Below the pieces are notes generated by a model, which had not been told where the DNA came from, did not search any database, and saw nothing but the letters and a program-made list of their open reading frames with translations. DNA of 33,290 nucleotides from Candidatus Methylomirabilota bacterium (GTDB lineage Bacteria > Methylomirabilota > Methylomirabilia > Rokubacteriales > CSP1-6), in the NCBI GenBank assembly GCA_025922915.1, contig JAICGY010000002.1, positions 1-33,290 on the forward strand, given 5' to 3'. Position 1 is the first letter of the stretch. Each line of letters opens with the position of its first letter. Positions 16,214 through 24,968 of this stretch are shown piece after piece. A program made the translations under genes and the position numbers.

Positions 16214-16775
16214 GGCCGTTCCGGGCGCGCGCCGAGATCGCCGGGGCCGCCTCCTGGAGCGCGAGCCGGACGAGATTGCGGCCCCGGAAGAGGCGTGACA
16301 TGACCGTGCCCACCGGTGCGCCGACGACGGTCGCGATCTGCTGGTACGACAGTCCCTCGATCTCGCGCAGCTCGACGACCTCCCGGAGGACGACGGGCAG
16401 GCGCCGGATGGCGTCCCGCACCTCCTGCAGGGCCGCCCGCCGCAGCAGGATCTCCTCCGGGTTCAGCGGGACCGGGTAGAGCAGCACGTCCCGGACCGCA
16501 TCCGCAGCGACCCCCTCCTGGGAATCACGGTCCTCGAGCGGGCGCGCCCGGCGGCGGCGCATACGGTCGATCTCGGCGTTCTTCATGATCGTCAGCATCC
16601 AGACCTTGAAGCTCAGCTGAGGCTTGTAGGAGGAGAAGGCTTGCAGGGCCTTGAGGAGCGATTCCTGAAGGAGATCCTCGGCTTCCGCGTCGTTCCGGCT
16701 CAGCAGCCGGGCGTACCCGTAGAGCGTGGGCAGATGGCTCAGAGCGAGGTCCTGGAACGCCGATTCGTGCTCCAT
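16203..16775 (-). CDS. ECF RNA polymerase sigma-70 factor (190 aa)
   Basis: Region 2 EAEDLLQE..KA...FKVWMLTIMKN and region 4 LREVVELREIEGLSYQQIA...PVGTVMSRLFRGR. Confidence 0.95.
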   Translation of the reverse strand: MEHESAFQDLALSHLPTLYGYARLLSRNDAEAEDLLQESLLKALQAFSSYKPQLSFKVWMLTIMKNAEIDRMRRRRARPLEDRDSQEGVAADAVRDVLLYPVPLNPEEILLRRAALQEVRDAIRRLPVVLREVVELREIEGLSYQQIATVVGAPVGTVMSRLFRGRNLVRLALQEAAPAISARARNGHAL

Positions 16776-16806
16776 CAGGTGCCCCGGTGCAAGGCCTCCG
16801 TATGAG

Positions 16807-16836
16807 AGTAGTACGTATCGGCGGGCAGCTTATTCC
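16807..16836 (-). promoter_or_regulatory. Putative ECF-dependent (autoregulatory) promoter GGAAT-N16-CGTACT
   Basis: The minus strand reads GGAAT AAGCTGCCCGCCGATA CGTACTACT, about 30-60 nt upstream of the sigma ATG. It fits the general ECF GGAA(C/T)-N16/17-(C)GT layout and is AT-rich relative to its surroundings. Confidence 0.5.
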
Positions 16837-16866
16837 AGCGGCCCGAGGCTGCGTGGCGGCGGCGAC

Positions 16867-17553
16867 TCAGCGGGGCGCGCGCCCTCCCCCGGGCTGGAGG
16901 GAGGCGAGCGTCGCCAGGAGCACCGGGAGGGGCAGGGCGGCCAGGGACGGGAGGTGGAGGTCGGCGGCCGTGAAATCGAGCGCCGCGGTGACCCCGTTGG
17001 GCACGGCGACGCAGGGAAGGCCGGCGGCCTTGGCAGCGCGGATGCCGTTCGGGGAGTCCTCGAAGGCCACGGCCTCCGTCGCCGCCACGCCGGCGGCGTC
17101 GAGGGCGGCCCGGTACAGGGCGGGGTCGGGCTTCACGCGGGCGACGTCGTCGGAGGTGCGGACGACGTCGAAGTGGGCGAGCAGGCCCAGCCGCTCGAGG
17201 TGGCCGCAGACCCAGGCGCGATCCGACGACGAGGCAACGGCCAGCCCGAGGCCCAGGCGCCGGGCCGTGTCCACGTAGTCCCGGACGCCGGGAAGCGCCT
17301 CCTGCCGGGCGATCAGCTCGGCCACCCTCGCCGCGCGGCGGGCCCGCACGGCGGCGGCGTCGATGGGCCGCTCCAGCAGCGTCTCGAGGTGACGACACGG
17401 ATCGAACGTGTCGTCGGTGCCGATGTTCGCGGCCCACAGGCCGGGGTCGAGCGTGCAGCCGTGCTCCGCGTAGATCTCGCACCAGGCCTCGAAGGCGGGC
17501 GCCTCCGTGTCGAGGATCAGGCCGTCGAAGTCGAAGACGAGGAGCCGCGTCAC
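16867..17553 (-). CDS. HAD-IA family hydrolase (CbbY/beta-PGM-like, 228 aa)
   Basis: GTG at 17553 overlaps the upstream stop. Motifs FDFDGLILDTE, VASSS, KPDP, FEDSPNG..AA.AAG. Confidence 0.92.
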   Translation of the reverse strand: MTRLLVFDFDGLILDTEAPAFEAWCEIYAEHGCTLDPGLWAANIGTDDTFDPCRHLETLLERPIDAAAVRARRAARVAELIARQEALPGVRDYVDTARRLGLGLAVASSSDRAWVCGHLERLGLLAHFDVVRTSDDVARVKPDPALYRAALDAAGVAATEAVAFEDSPNGIRAAKAAGLPCVAVPNGVTAALDFTAADLHLPSLAALPLPVLLATLASLQPGGGRAPR

Positions 17554-18668
17554 GTGAGGTCGAGCGGCCGGGCCCCCTCGCGCTGGTAGGCGTGGCGCGC
17601 CAGCACGCCCGGATCGGGATCCGCCCCGAGCCCGGGCCCCGCCGGCGGCGCGACGTGGCCGTCGAGGCAGACGATCGGCTGCTGGAGGAGCGGCGGGTCG
17701 AGCCGCCCGGGCGGGAACTCGATCCACGGCACGCCGGGGGTGGCCGCGACCACGTGCAGCGTCGCGGCGAGCCCAGGACCGAAGTAGAACGAGTGCGGGA
17801 CGAGGGTCACGTTCGCGGCCGCCGCCACCGCTGCCGCCCGCCGCATCTCGATCAGCCCGCCCACCTTCGTGATGCTCGGCTGCACGATGTCGGCGGCACC
17901 GGCCTCGACGATCTGCCGGAAGGCGACCGCCGTCGCCTCGTTCTCGCCGCACGCGATCGGCACGCGGACGGCCGCCCGCACGCGGGCGAGGCCCGCGTAG
18001 TCCTCGGGAGGCCACACCGGCTCCTCGAGCCACGCCAGATCGTACTTCTCCAGGCGCCGGCCGATCCGGATCGCCGCCTCGACGCTCCAGGGACAGTTGG
18101 TGTCCAGCATCAGGGCGACGTCGTCGCCCACCGCCTCCCGCGCGACGGCGACCGATTCCACGTCCGTCTGGTGGAGCTTGATCCCACGGAAGCCCGCGCT
18201 CGCCATGGCGGTCGCCGCCCGCCCGACCTCCGACGGCGTCGCGTACCGCAGGAGGCTGGCGTAGGCCGGCACGCGCACGCTGCCGTTCCCGCCCAGCAGC
18301 GCCCACACGGGCGCGCCCCGCGCCTTGCCGGCCAGGTCCCACAGGGCGAGCTCGACGCCGCTCACCGCCATCATGGCGAGGCCGCGGCGGCCCCAGATCA
18401 TGAGCAGCCGCTCCATCCGGTCGAGCAGCGGCTCGATGGCGGTCGGGTCCTGCCCCACGAGGACGGGAGCGAGGGCGTCGTCGACGACGTTGGCCACGGC
18501 CAGGGTCGCGCCGTACGCGAAGCACTCGCCCCAGCCGACGAGCCCCTCGTCGGTCGTCACCCGGACCAGGAGCTGGCGGGCGAGCCCGGCGGCCCAGGCC
18601 GAGGCGACGGGCGCGGATTCCCGCATCGGGACGGCGAGCGGGACGGCGCGGACGTCGGCGATCTTCAT
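17550..18668 (-). CDS. Mandelate racemase/muconate lactonizing enzyme family protein (372 aa)
   Basis: LVRVTTDEGLVGWGE, ALWDLAGK, VPAYAS, metal ligands LMLDTN / WLEEP / GEN, and VPH. Confidence 0.93.
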   Translation of the reverse strand: MKIADVRAVPLAVPMRESAPVASAWAAGLARQLLVRVTTDEGLVGWGECFAYGATLAVANVVDDALAPVLVGQDPTAIEPLLDRMERLLMIWGRRGLAMMAVSGVELALWDLAGKARGAPVWALLGGNGSVRVPAYASLLRYATPSEVGRAATAMASAGFRGIKLHQTDVESVAVAREAVGDDVALMLDTNCPWSVEAAIRIGRRLEKYDLAWLEEPVWPPEDYAGLARVRAAVRVPIACGENEATAVAFRQIVEAGAADIVQPSITKVGGLIEMRRAAAVAAAANVTLVPHSFYFGPGLAATLHVVAATPGVPWIEFPPGRLDPPLLQQPIVCLDGHVAPPAGPGLGADPDPGVLARHAYQREGARPLDLT

Positions 18669-18669
18669 C

Positions 18670-20160
18670 TCAGAGGTCCCCCAGCCCGTACTCGTCCCAC
18701 CGGGCGCGCACGCGCGCCTCGTCCTCCGGCGCCGGGCGGACGGTGGGCGGGAACGGCTGGCCGTCCCACTCCGCCCGCCGCTCGAAGGTCCAGTTGCGGG
18801 TGGCGTCGATCAGCACCCGGTTCCAGAGCCCGGTGCCCAGCCGCGTGGTGTCCCGGTCGTGCAGCGGCGTGGAGGGATCGATGGGCGAGCCGAAGATGCC
18901 CGGGAACACGACCAGCCCCCCGGCGCCGGCGTTGACGCGGTGGGCGATCGCCCAGTCGATCTGCTCGTAGGACGAGATGTCGATGTCGTCGTCGACGACG
19001 ATCACGTGCTTGTAGCGGTACTGGGCGGCGCTCGAGCCCCACAGCGCGGCCGCGATCTGCTTGGCCTGGCCCTGGTACGCCTTGCGGATCTGCACGCAGA
19101 TGTTCACCCCGTTGGTGATCGGATGGATGTAGACGTCGCGGACCCCCGGGATGCCGGCGGCGGTGAGGATGTTCCAGGCGATCGCCGCCCGCTGGACCGA
19201 CGACATGACGCTGTTCTCGCTGTAGGAGCCGGGGAGCGTGCCTTCCAGGCAGCCCTGGAAGATGGGGTCACGCCGGTGCGTGATGGCGGTGATCTGCATC
19301 GTGGGCCGGGGCGTCGGCACGTCGGAGACGTAGCCCGTGAACTCGCCGAACGGGCCCTCCGTCTCGTACGTCGCGGGGTCGTCGGAGATGACCCCCTCGA
19401 TGACGATCTCGGCGGCGGCCGGGACCTCGAGGTCCACCGTCTCGCAGCGCACCAGCTCGGCGGGCTCGCCCCGGTAGGCGCCCATGACGTCCCACTCGCA
19501 GACGCCGGCCGGGATCGGCGAGCCGGCGAGGAAGGGCATGATCGGGTCCCACCCGATCACGCAGGCGACCGGCATGGGCTCGCCCCGCTGCGCGTATTTC
19601 AGGAAGTGCGCGCCCCAGTGCTGGCCGCCCTTGATGAGCAGGAAGGGCGTCGTGTCCTTGCGCCCGATCATGCCCCGGTAGATGCCGACGTTCATCACCC
19701 GCGTGTCGGGATCCCGCGTGACGACGCCCGAGAAGGTGTGGATGTAGCGTCCGCCCTCCCGGAAGTTCCAGCGCGGCACGGGGAACTGCGTCTGGTCGAT
19801 GGCGGCACCGGTGACGACGACCTCCTTGACGGGTCCCGTCGGCACGATCCGCGGGGCGATCGTCTCGCGGTTCTTGCGCATCACGTGCTGCACCAGCTCG
19901 GGGTTCGCGACGTCCCGGGGGAAGCCGAGCGCCATGGCCAGGAGGCGCCGGTCGCCCAGCACCCCCGTGACGAGCTTCGTGCACCGCCCGGTCCGGTAGC
20001 CCTTGATGCGCTCGAAGAGGAGCGCCGGCCCCTTCTTCTCCAGCGTCCGGCGGGCGATGGCGCCCAGCTCGCGGTCCCAGTCCACCTCGGCGGTGACGCG
20101 GCGGAGCTCGCCTTCCTTCTCCAGCCGCGCGAGCCACTCGCGCAGATCCACGAATCCCAT
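18670..20160 (-). CDS. UbiD-family (prenylated-FMN) decarboxylase (496 aa)
   Basis: ATG at 20160 (MGFVDLREWLARLEKEGEL). Motifs GPALLFE, NVGIYR, VPAAAEIVIEG, EGPFGEFTGY, VIVVDDDID, SPIDPS, IDAT. Confidence 0.95.
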   Translation of the reverse strand: MGFVDLREWLARLEKEGELRRVTAEVDWDRELGAIARRTLEKKGPALLFERIKGYRTGRCTKLVTGVLGDRRLLAMALGFPRDVANPELVQHVMRKNRETIAPRIVPTGPVKEVVVTGAAIDQTQFPVPRWNFREGGRYIHTFSGVVTRDPDTRVMNVGIYRGMIGRKDTTPFLLIKGGQHWGAHFLKYAQRGEPMPVACVIGWDPIMPFLAGSPIPAGVCEWDVMGAYRGEPAELVRCETVDLEVPAAAEIVIEGVISDDPATYETEGPFGEFTGYVSDVPTPRPTMQITAITHRRDPIFQGCLEGTLPGSYSENSVMSSVQRAAIAWNILTAAGIPGVRDVYIHPITNGVNICVQIRKAYQGQAKQIAAALWGSSAAQYRYKHVIVVDDDIDISSYEQIDWAIAHRVNAGAGGLVVFPGIFGSPIDPSTPLHDRDTTRLGTGLWNRVLIDATRNWTFERRAEWDGQPFPPTVRPAPEDEARVRARWDEYGLGDL

Positions 20161-20186
20161 GGGTGACGTCTCCTTGGTCCCCGCGC

Positions 20187-22052
20187 TCACGGGGGCGACA
20201 CGACGGGCGGGGCCGTCACGGCGACCCGTCCGCGCTGGGCGAGCCAGACGGCCACGAAGGCGGCGGCGCCGACCACGTCGGCCACCACGCCGGGGAAGAT
20301 GAGCAGGCAGGCCCCGAGCAGCAGCAGCCCGCGCTCCCACGGCCGCACCGGCGCGCGCAGGTAGCCGATCAGCCCGGCGCCGAGCATGAGGATGCCGAGG
20401 GTGGCGGCGACGGTCCGCGCCGTGATGTGCAGCAGGGAGTCGCTCACCAGCAGCAGCGCGGGATCGTACAGGAAGCTGTACGGGATGATGAAGCCGGACA
20501 GCGCGAGCATCATGGCCGTCCACTGCGTGCGCCACACGTCGCTGCCCGCGATGGCCGACGTCGCGTAGGTCGAGATGGCCGTCGGCGGCGTGAGGTCGGC
20601 GAGGATGCCGAAGTAGAACACGAACATGTGGGCGGCCAGCACGGGCACGCCGAGCTGGGTCAGCGCCGGCGCGGCCATGATGGACGTGATGATGTAGGTC
20701 GCCGAGGTCGGCAGCCCCGTCCCGAGGATCAGCGCCGCCACCATGGTGAGCAGGGCGGTGACGAGCAAGCTGCCCCCGGCCAGGCCGACGATGCCCGTGG
20801 CGAGCTTCAGCCCGAGCCCGCTGATCGAGACCACGCCCACCACGATGCCGACGGTGGCGGTGGCGAGGGCGACCGGCATGGCGTTCTGGGCGCCGTCCAC
20901 GAGGACGGTCAGCAGCTTGGCCGGGCCCAGCCGGGTCTGGGCCCGCACCCAGCTCGTCATGACCGCCACCACGAGCGCCCAGAATCCGGCTCGCTCGGCG
21001 GTGGAGCCCGAGGCGAGGAACCAGACGAGCACGACCGGGCCGGCCAGGAGGTGGAAGTCGCGCAACAGCACGGCGCCCAGGCGCGGCAGCGCCGCGCGGT
21101 CGAGCACGGCCAGCCCGGCCCGGGCGGCCTCGAGGTGGACCATGACGCCGACCGCCACGAAGTAGAGCACGCCGGGGATGGCGGCGGACACGGCGATGGA
21201 CCAGTACGAGACGCCCAGGGTCTCGGCCATGATGAAGGCCGCCGCCCCCATGACGGGCGGGATCAGCTGCCCGCCCATCGAGGCCGTCGCCTCGACGGCG
21301 GCCGCGAACTCGCCACGGTAGCCGGCCCGCTTCATCAGCGGGATGGTGAAGGCGCCCGTCGTCACGGCGTTGGCAATGGCGCTGCCGTTCACCGTGCCGA
21401 ACAGGCCGCTCGAGATGACGGCGACCTTGGCGGCGCCGCCCCGGGTGGAGCCGGCGACGGCCAGCGCCACGTCGGTGAAGAAGCCGAGCAGCCCCCCGTG
21501 GAGCATGACCGAGCCGAACACCACGAACAGGAAGATGAAGCTCGCCGACACCAGGGTCGGGATGCCGAAGACCCCCTCCGTCGTGAGCATCTGGAGGTCC
21601 ACGAACCGCACGGGCAGCACGCCGCCGTGGGCCAGGAAGCCCGGTAGCCAGGGCCCGGCGAACCCGTAGACGACGAAGGCGAGGGCGAGCACCACGAGCG
21701 CCCCCCCGACGTGCCGGCGCGAGGCCTCCAGCAGGAGCAGCATGAAGAGCACGCCCACGCCGACATCGACCAGGCGCGGGTCGTCGACCATCGGCATCCG
21801 GGTGACCAGGTGCTGGTTCCAGACCACGTAGTGGGCGCCGCAGGCCAGCGCGAGGAGCGCGCCGGCGCCGTCCCACCAGCGCACGCGGACGGAAGCGCCC
21901 GCCGGCGGCGTGAGGAACCCGAGCGCGGTGGCGAAGGCCACGTGCAGGGGCAGCTGGATCATCAGGTCGTACATCCCGCCGTACGCCGTCCAGAGCTGGA
22001 ACAGGCACCAGACGAGGGCGAGCCACATGCGCGGGCTGCGCAGGTCAGGCAC
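20187..22052 (-). CDS. TAXI-TRAP transporter fused permease, 4TM/12TM (621 aa)
   Basis: EGVFGIP..VSASFIFLF, GGAAKVAV.SS.LFG..NGS.IAN..TTG.FTIPLMK, EATASMGGQLIPPVMGAAAFIMAE, GLPTSATY, AHMFVFYFG..ADLTPP. Confidence 0.95.
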   Translation of the reverse strand: MPDLRSPRMWLALVWCLFQLWTAYGGMYDLMIQLPLHVAFATALGFLTPPAGASVRVRWWDGAGALLALACGAHYVVWNQHLVTRMPMVDDPRLVDVGVGVLFMLLLLEASRRHVGGALVVLALAFVVYGFAGPWLPGFLAHGGVLPVRFVDLQMLTTEGVFGIPTLVSASFIFLFVVFGSVMLHGGLLGFFTDVALAVAGSTRGGAAKVAVISSGLFGTVNGSAIANAVTTGAFTIPLMKRAGYRGEFAAAVEATASMGGQLIPPVMGAAAFIMAETLGVSYWSIAVSAAIPGVLYFVAVGVMVHLEAARAGLAVLDRAALPRLGAVLLRDFHLLAGPVVLVWFLASGSTAERAGFWALVVAVMTSWVRAQTRLGPAKLLTVLVDGAQNAMPVALATATVGIVVGVVSISGLGLKLATGIVGLAGGSLLVTALLTMVAALILGTGLPTSATYIITSIMAAPALTQLGVPVLAAHMFVFYFGILADLTPPTAISTYATSAIAGSDVWRTQWTAMMLALSGFIIPYSFLYDPALLLVSDSLLHITARTVAATLGILMLGAGLIGYLRAPVRPWERGLLLLGACLLIFPGVVADVVGAAAFVAVWLAQRGRVAVTAPPVVSPP

Positions 22053-24456
22053 CCCGGCCCTCCCCCGCGCGCGTCATGGCCTCCCAGAGCCGCGCGGGGC
22101 TCAGGGGCAGGGCAGTCACGCGGACCCCCAGCGGGGCCAGCGCGTCCTCGACGGCGTTGGCGATGGCGGCCAGCGACGGGATCGCGCCCCCCTCGCCGAC
22201 CCCCTTGGCCCCCAGCGGCGTCCGTGGCGACGGCGACTCGAGCGAGACCACCTCGAACGGGGGCACGTCGAGCGCGGTCGGCTTGAGGTAGTCCATGAAG
22301 GTGGTCGTCAGCAGCTGGCCCTCGGCGTCGTAGACGAACTCCTCGAGGAGCGTGGCGCCGATGCCGTGCGCGGTCGAGCCGTGCACCATGGCCTCGACGA
22401 TCCGCGGGTTGATCTCCCGGCCGCAGTCGTGGACGATCGCGTACTTCGCGATCCGCACCGCGCCGGTGGCGCGGTCGACCTCCACCGCCGCCACGTGGAC
22501 CGAGTTGCTGAAGGTGAGCTGGACCGCCACCCGCCGGTCGGCGTCCGGCACGTCGGCGAGCGGGCTCACGTAGTAGTGCCGCGCCTCCAGGCCGCCTGCC
22601 ATGCCGGGCGGCAAGGCCAGGAGGTCGCGGTAGGCGACGGTGGCGACCTCGGCGACGGTCACCTGCCGGCCCGGCGCGCCGCGGACGCCGAGGACGCCGT
22701 CGCGGACCACGACGTCGCCGGGCGCGGCCTCGAGCAGGTGGGCGGCGACGGTGACGAGCTTGTCGCGCACCGCGCGAGCGGCCCCCAGGATGGCGCCGGT
22801 GTCGGTGCCCGAGAACTTGTTGGAGAACGAGCCGGAGGAGAACATCCAGGGGTTCTCGTGCGAGTCGAACCAGGGGCTGACGCTCACCGCCGAGGGCGCG
22901 ACGCCCAGCTCGTCGGCGACGATCTGCGCGATCGCCGTCGGGTACCCCTGGCCGCTCGCCACGTTGCCGGTGGCCACGCGCACGCTGCCGTCGAGCTCCA
23001 CCCGGACGAGTGCCGCCTCCCCCACCCCGGAGGTCCCGGGCCGGCGGGTCGCCAGCATGTAGGACGACAGGTTGGAGGTGGAGGGCTCGATCGCCGCCGC
23101 GATCCCGATCCCGATCAGCCGCCCCTCGGCCCGGGCGGTCGCCTGCGTCCGTCGCAGCCCCTCGTAGCCGGCGAGCGCCAGCGCCCGGCGCAGCGTCTCC
23201 GGATAGTCGCCGCTGTCGTAGATGGCGCCCACCGGGGTGCGGTACGGCAGGGCGGACGCCGGGATCAGGTTGGCGGCGCGGAGCGCCGCGGGATCGCGGC
23301 CCAGCCGGCGGGCCGCCACGTCGACGATCCGCTCCAGCGCGAAGCACATCGCCGGCTTGCCGATGCCGCGGTTGGCGCCCGACGGGCACTTGGTGGTGAG
23401 CACGGCGGCGGCCTCGAAGCGCACCGCCTCGATCCCGTAGCAGCCGATGATGTTCGAGAGCTTGAGCAGGCTGTGCAGCGTGGGGTTCTGGAGGTTGCAG
23501 CCCTCGTCGACGACGTCGCGCACGTGGACGGCGAGGAAGCGGCCGTCGGCGTCCAGGGCCAGCGCGATGTCGATCACGCCGTTGGCCGCGTGGCAGAGGG
23601 CGGCGAGGCTCTCGCGCCGGTCCTCCACGTACTTGACGGGCCGGCCCGTGGCCCGGGCCAGCATCGCGGCCACGATGAGGTACGGCGCCTTGCGCTTGTT
23701 GCCGAAGCCACCGCCGATGTCGGGCGCGATCAGCCGCAGGCGGGACTGCGGGATGCCGAGCGCGGCCGCGACGACGCCGGACGTGAGCCCGGGGCGCTGG
23801 TCGTTGCTCCAGATCGTCACGAGCCCGGTCCCCGGCTCCACCTGCGCCATCACCCCGAAGGTCTCGAGCGGCGTCGACACGTAGCGGTGGATCGTGAAGC
23901 GCTCGCGCACCACGTGGGCCGCCCGCGCGAACGCGCCCTCGACGTCGCCGTAGGTGAGGACGTCGCGCCAGAGCGCGTTGCTCTCCATCTCCTCGAACAG
24001 CCGGGGCGCACCGGGGTCGAGCGCCCGCTCGGGATCGACCACCGCCGGCAGCGGCTCGTACTCCACCCGCACCCGCTCGAGCGCGTCCTCCGCGGTCGCC
24101 CGGTCGCGGGCGGCCAGCGCCACCACCGGCTCGCCGACGTAGCGCACCTTGCCGACCGCCAGCGGATAGGTCCGCGGAGGGTTCGGGATCGGGATCAGGG
24201 GGCGCAGCGGCTCCATCGCGCCCGCCACGTCCTCGCCGGTGAGCACCGCCGCGACGCCGTCCATGGCGGCGGCCTCGCGCACGTCGACGGCGGCCAGGCG
24301 CGCGTGGGCGTGGGGGCTGCGCAGCATCGCGACGTGCAGCAGGTCCGGCAGGCGGAGATCGTCGAGGTACGACGCCCGCCCCCCGAGGAACCGGGGGTCC
24401 TCGACGCGCCGCAGGGGCCGGCCGACCCAGCCGTCGGTGGCGGCGTGCAGGGTCAC
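22045..24456 (-). CDS. Xanthine dehydrogenase-family molybdopterin subunit, CoxL-like/HmfA-like (803 aa)
   Basis: GTG at 24456. Motifs VGRPLRRVED, RSPHAHA, GGGFGNK, SGANRGIG, YDSGDY, EPSTSN, GQGY, HDCG..INP, GAKGVGEGG. It lacks the AYxCSFR loop of form I CO dehydrogenase. Confidence 0.93.
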   Translation of the reverse strand: MTLHAATDGWVGRPLRRVEDPRFLGGRASYLDDLRLPDLLHVAMLRSPHAHARLAAVDVREAAAMDGVAAVLTGEDVAGAMEPLRPLIPIPNPPRTYPLAVGKVRYVGEPVVALAARDRATAEDALERVRVEYEPLPAVVDPERALDPGAPRLFEEMESNALWRDVLTYGDVEGAFARAAHVVRERFTIHRYVSTPLETFGVMAQVEPGTGLVTIWSNDQRPGLTSGVVAAALGIPQSRLRLIAPDIGGGFGNKRKAPYLIVAAMLARATGRPVKYVEDRRESLAALCHAANGVIDIALALDADGRFLAVHVRDVVDEGCNLQNPTLHSLLKLSNIIGCYGIEAVRFEAAAVLTTKCPSGANRGIGKPAMCFALERIVDVAARRLGRDPAALRAANLIPASALPYRTPVGAIYDSGDYPETLRRALALAGYEGLRRTQATARAEGRLIGIGIAAAIEPSTSNLSSYMLATRRPGTSGVGEAALVRVELDGSVRVATGNVASGQGYPTAIAQIVADELGVAPSAVSVSPWFDSHENPWMFSSGSFSNKFSGTDTGAILGAARAVRDKLVTVAAHLLEAAPGDVVVRDGVLGVRGAPGRQVTVAEVATVAYRDLLALPPGMAGGLEARHYYVSPLADVPDADRRVAVQLTFSNSVHVAAVEVDRATGAVRIAKYAIVHDCGREINPRIVEAMVHGSTAHGIGATLLEEFVYDAEGQLLTTTFMDYLKPTALDVPPFEVVSLESPSPRTPLGAKGVGEGGAIPSLAAIANAVEDALAPLGVRVTALPLSPARLWEAMTRAGEGRGA

Positions 24457-24968
24457 GGCGTGGCGCTCCGCTCCCGCAGCCGGGCCGCCGCCCAGGCGAC
24501 GGCGGCGACGATGTTCTGGTAGCCGGTGCACATGCAGAGGTTGCCGGCGAGGGCCTCGCGGATCTCGATCTCGGTGGGCGCCGGATTCGTCTCCAGCAGG
24601 TGCACGGCCGTCAGCACCATCCCCGGCGTGCAGAACCCGCACTGCAGCCCGTGGCACTCCCAGAACCCCTCCTGAACCGGGTGGAGCCGGTCGCCCTCGG
24701 CCAGCCCCTCGATGGTCGTCACCCGCGCGCCGTCGGCCTGGACGGCGAGCGTGAGGCACGCCCGCGCCGGGCGGCCGTCGAGCAGCACGGTGCAGGCGCC
24801 GCAGACCCCGTGCTCGCAGCCCGCGTGGGTGCCCGTCAGCGCCCACTCCTCGCGCAGGCAGTCGAGCAGGCTGGTGCGCGCCGCCACCGTCGCCCGGCGC
24901 GGGACGTCGTTGACGGTGATGGCGATCGCGTGACGCCCCGCCACGGCGGCCCCGCCCGTCACGCTCAC
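24453..24968 (-). CDS. (2Fe-2S)-binding subunit, CoxS/HmfC-like (about 171 aa)
   Basis: GTG at 24968 overlaps the upstream stop. Motifs GCEHGVCGACTVL, RAC, LQCGFCTPG, GNLCMCTGY. Confidence 0.94.
   Translation of the reverse strand: MSVTGGAAVAGRHAIAITVNDVPRRATVAARTSLLDCLREEWALTGTHAGCEHGVCGACTVLLDGRPARACLTLAVQADGARVTTIEGLAEGDRLHPVQEGFWECHGLQCGFCTPGMVLTAVHLLETNPAPTEIEIREALAGNLCMCTGYQNIVAAVAWAAARLRERSATP

Noticed and set aside
18670-22026. 1118-aa ORF and similar long N-terminal extensions (e.g. 10586..12937, 13460..15163, 16867..18525, 24965..26599) suggesting fusions or frameshifts
   Set aside because: The extensions are Arg/Pro-rich alternative-frame readings of upstream genes, expected at this GC content. 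Each real gene has its own start, often overlapping the previous stop.
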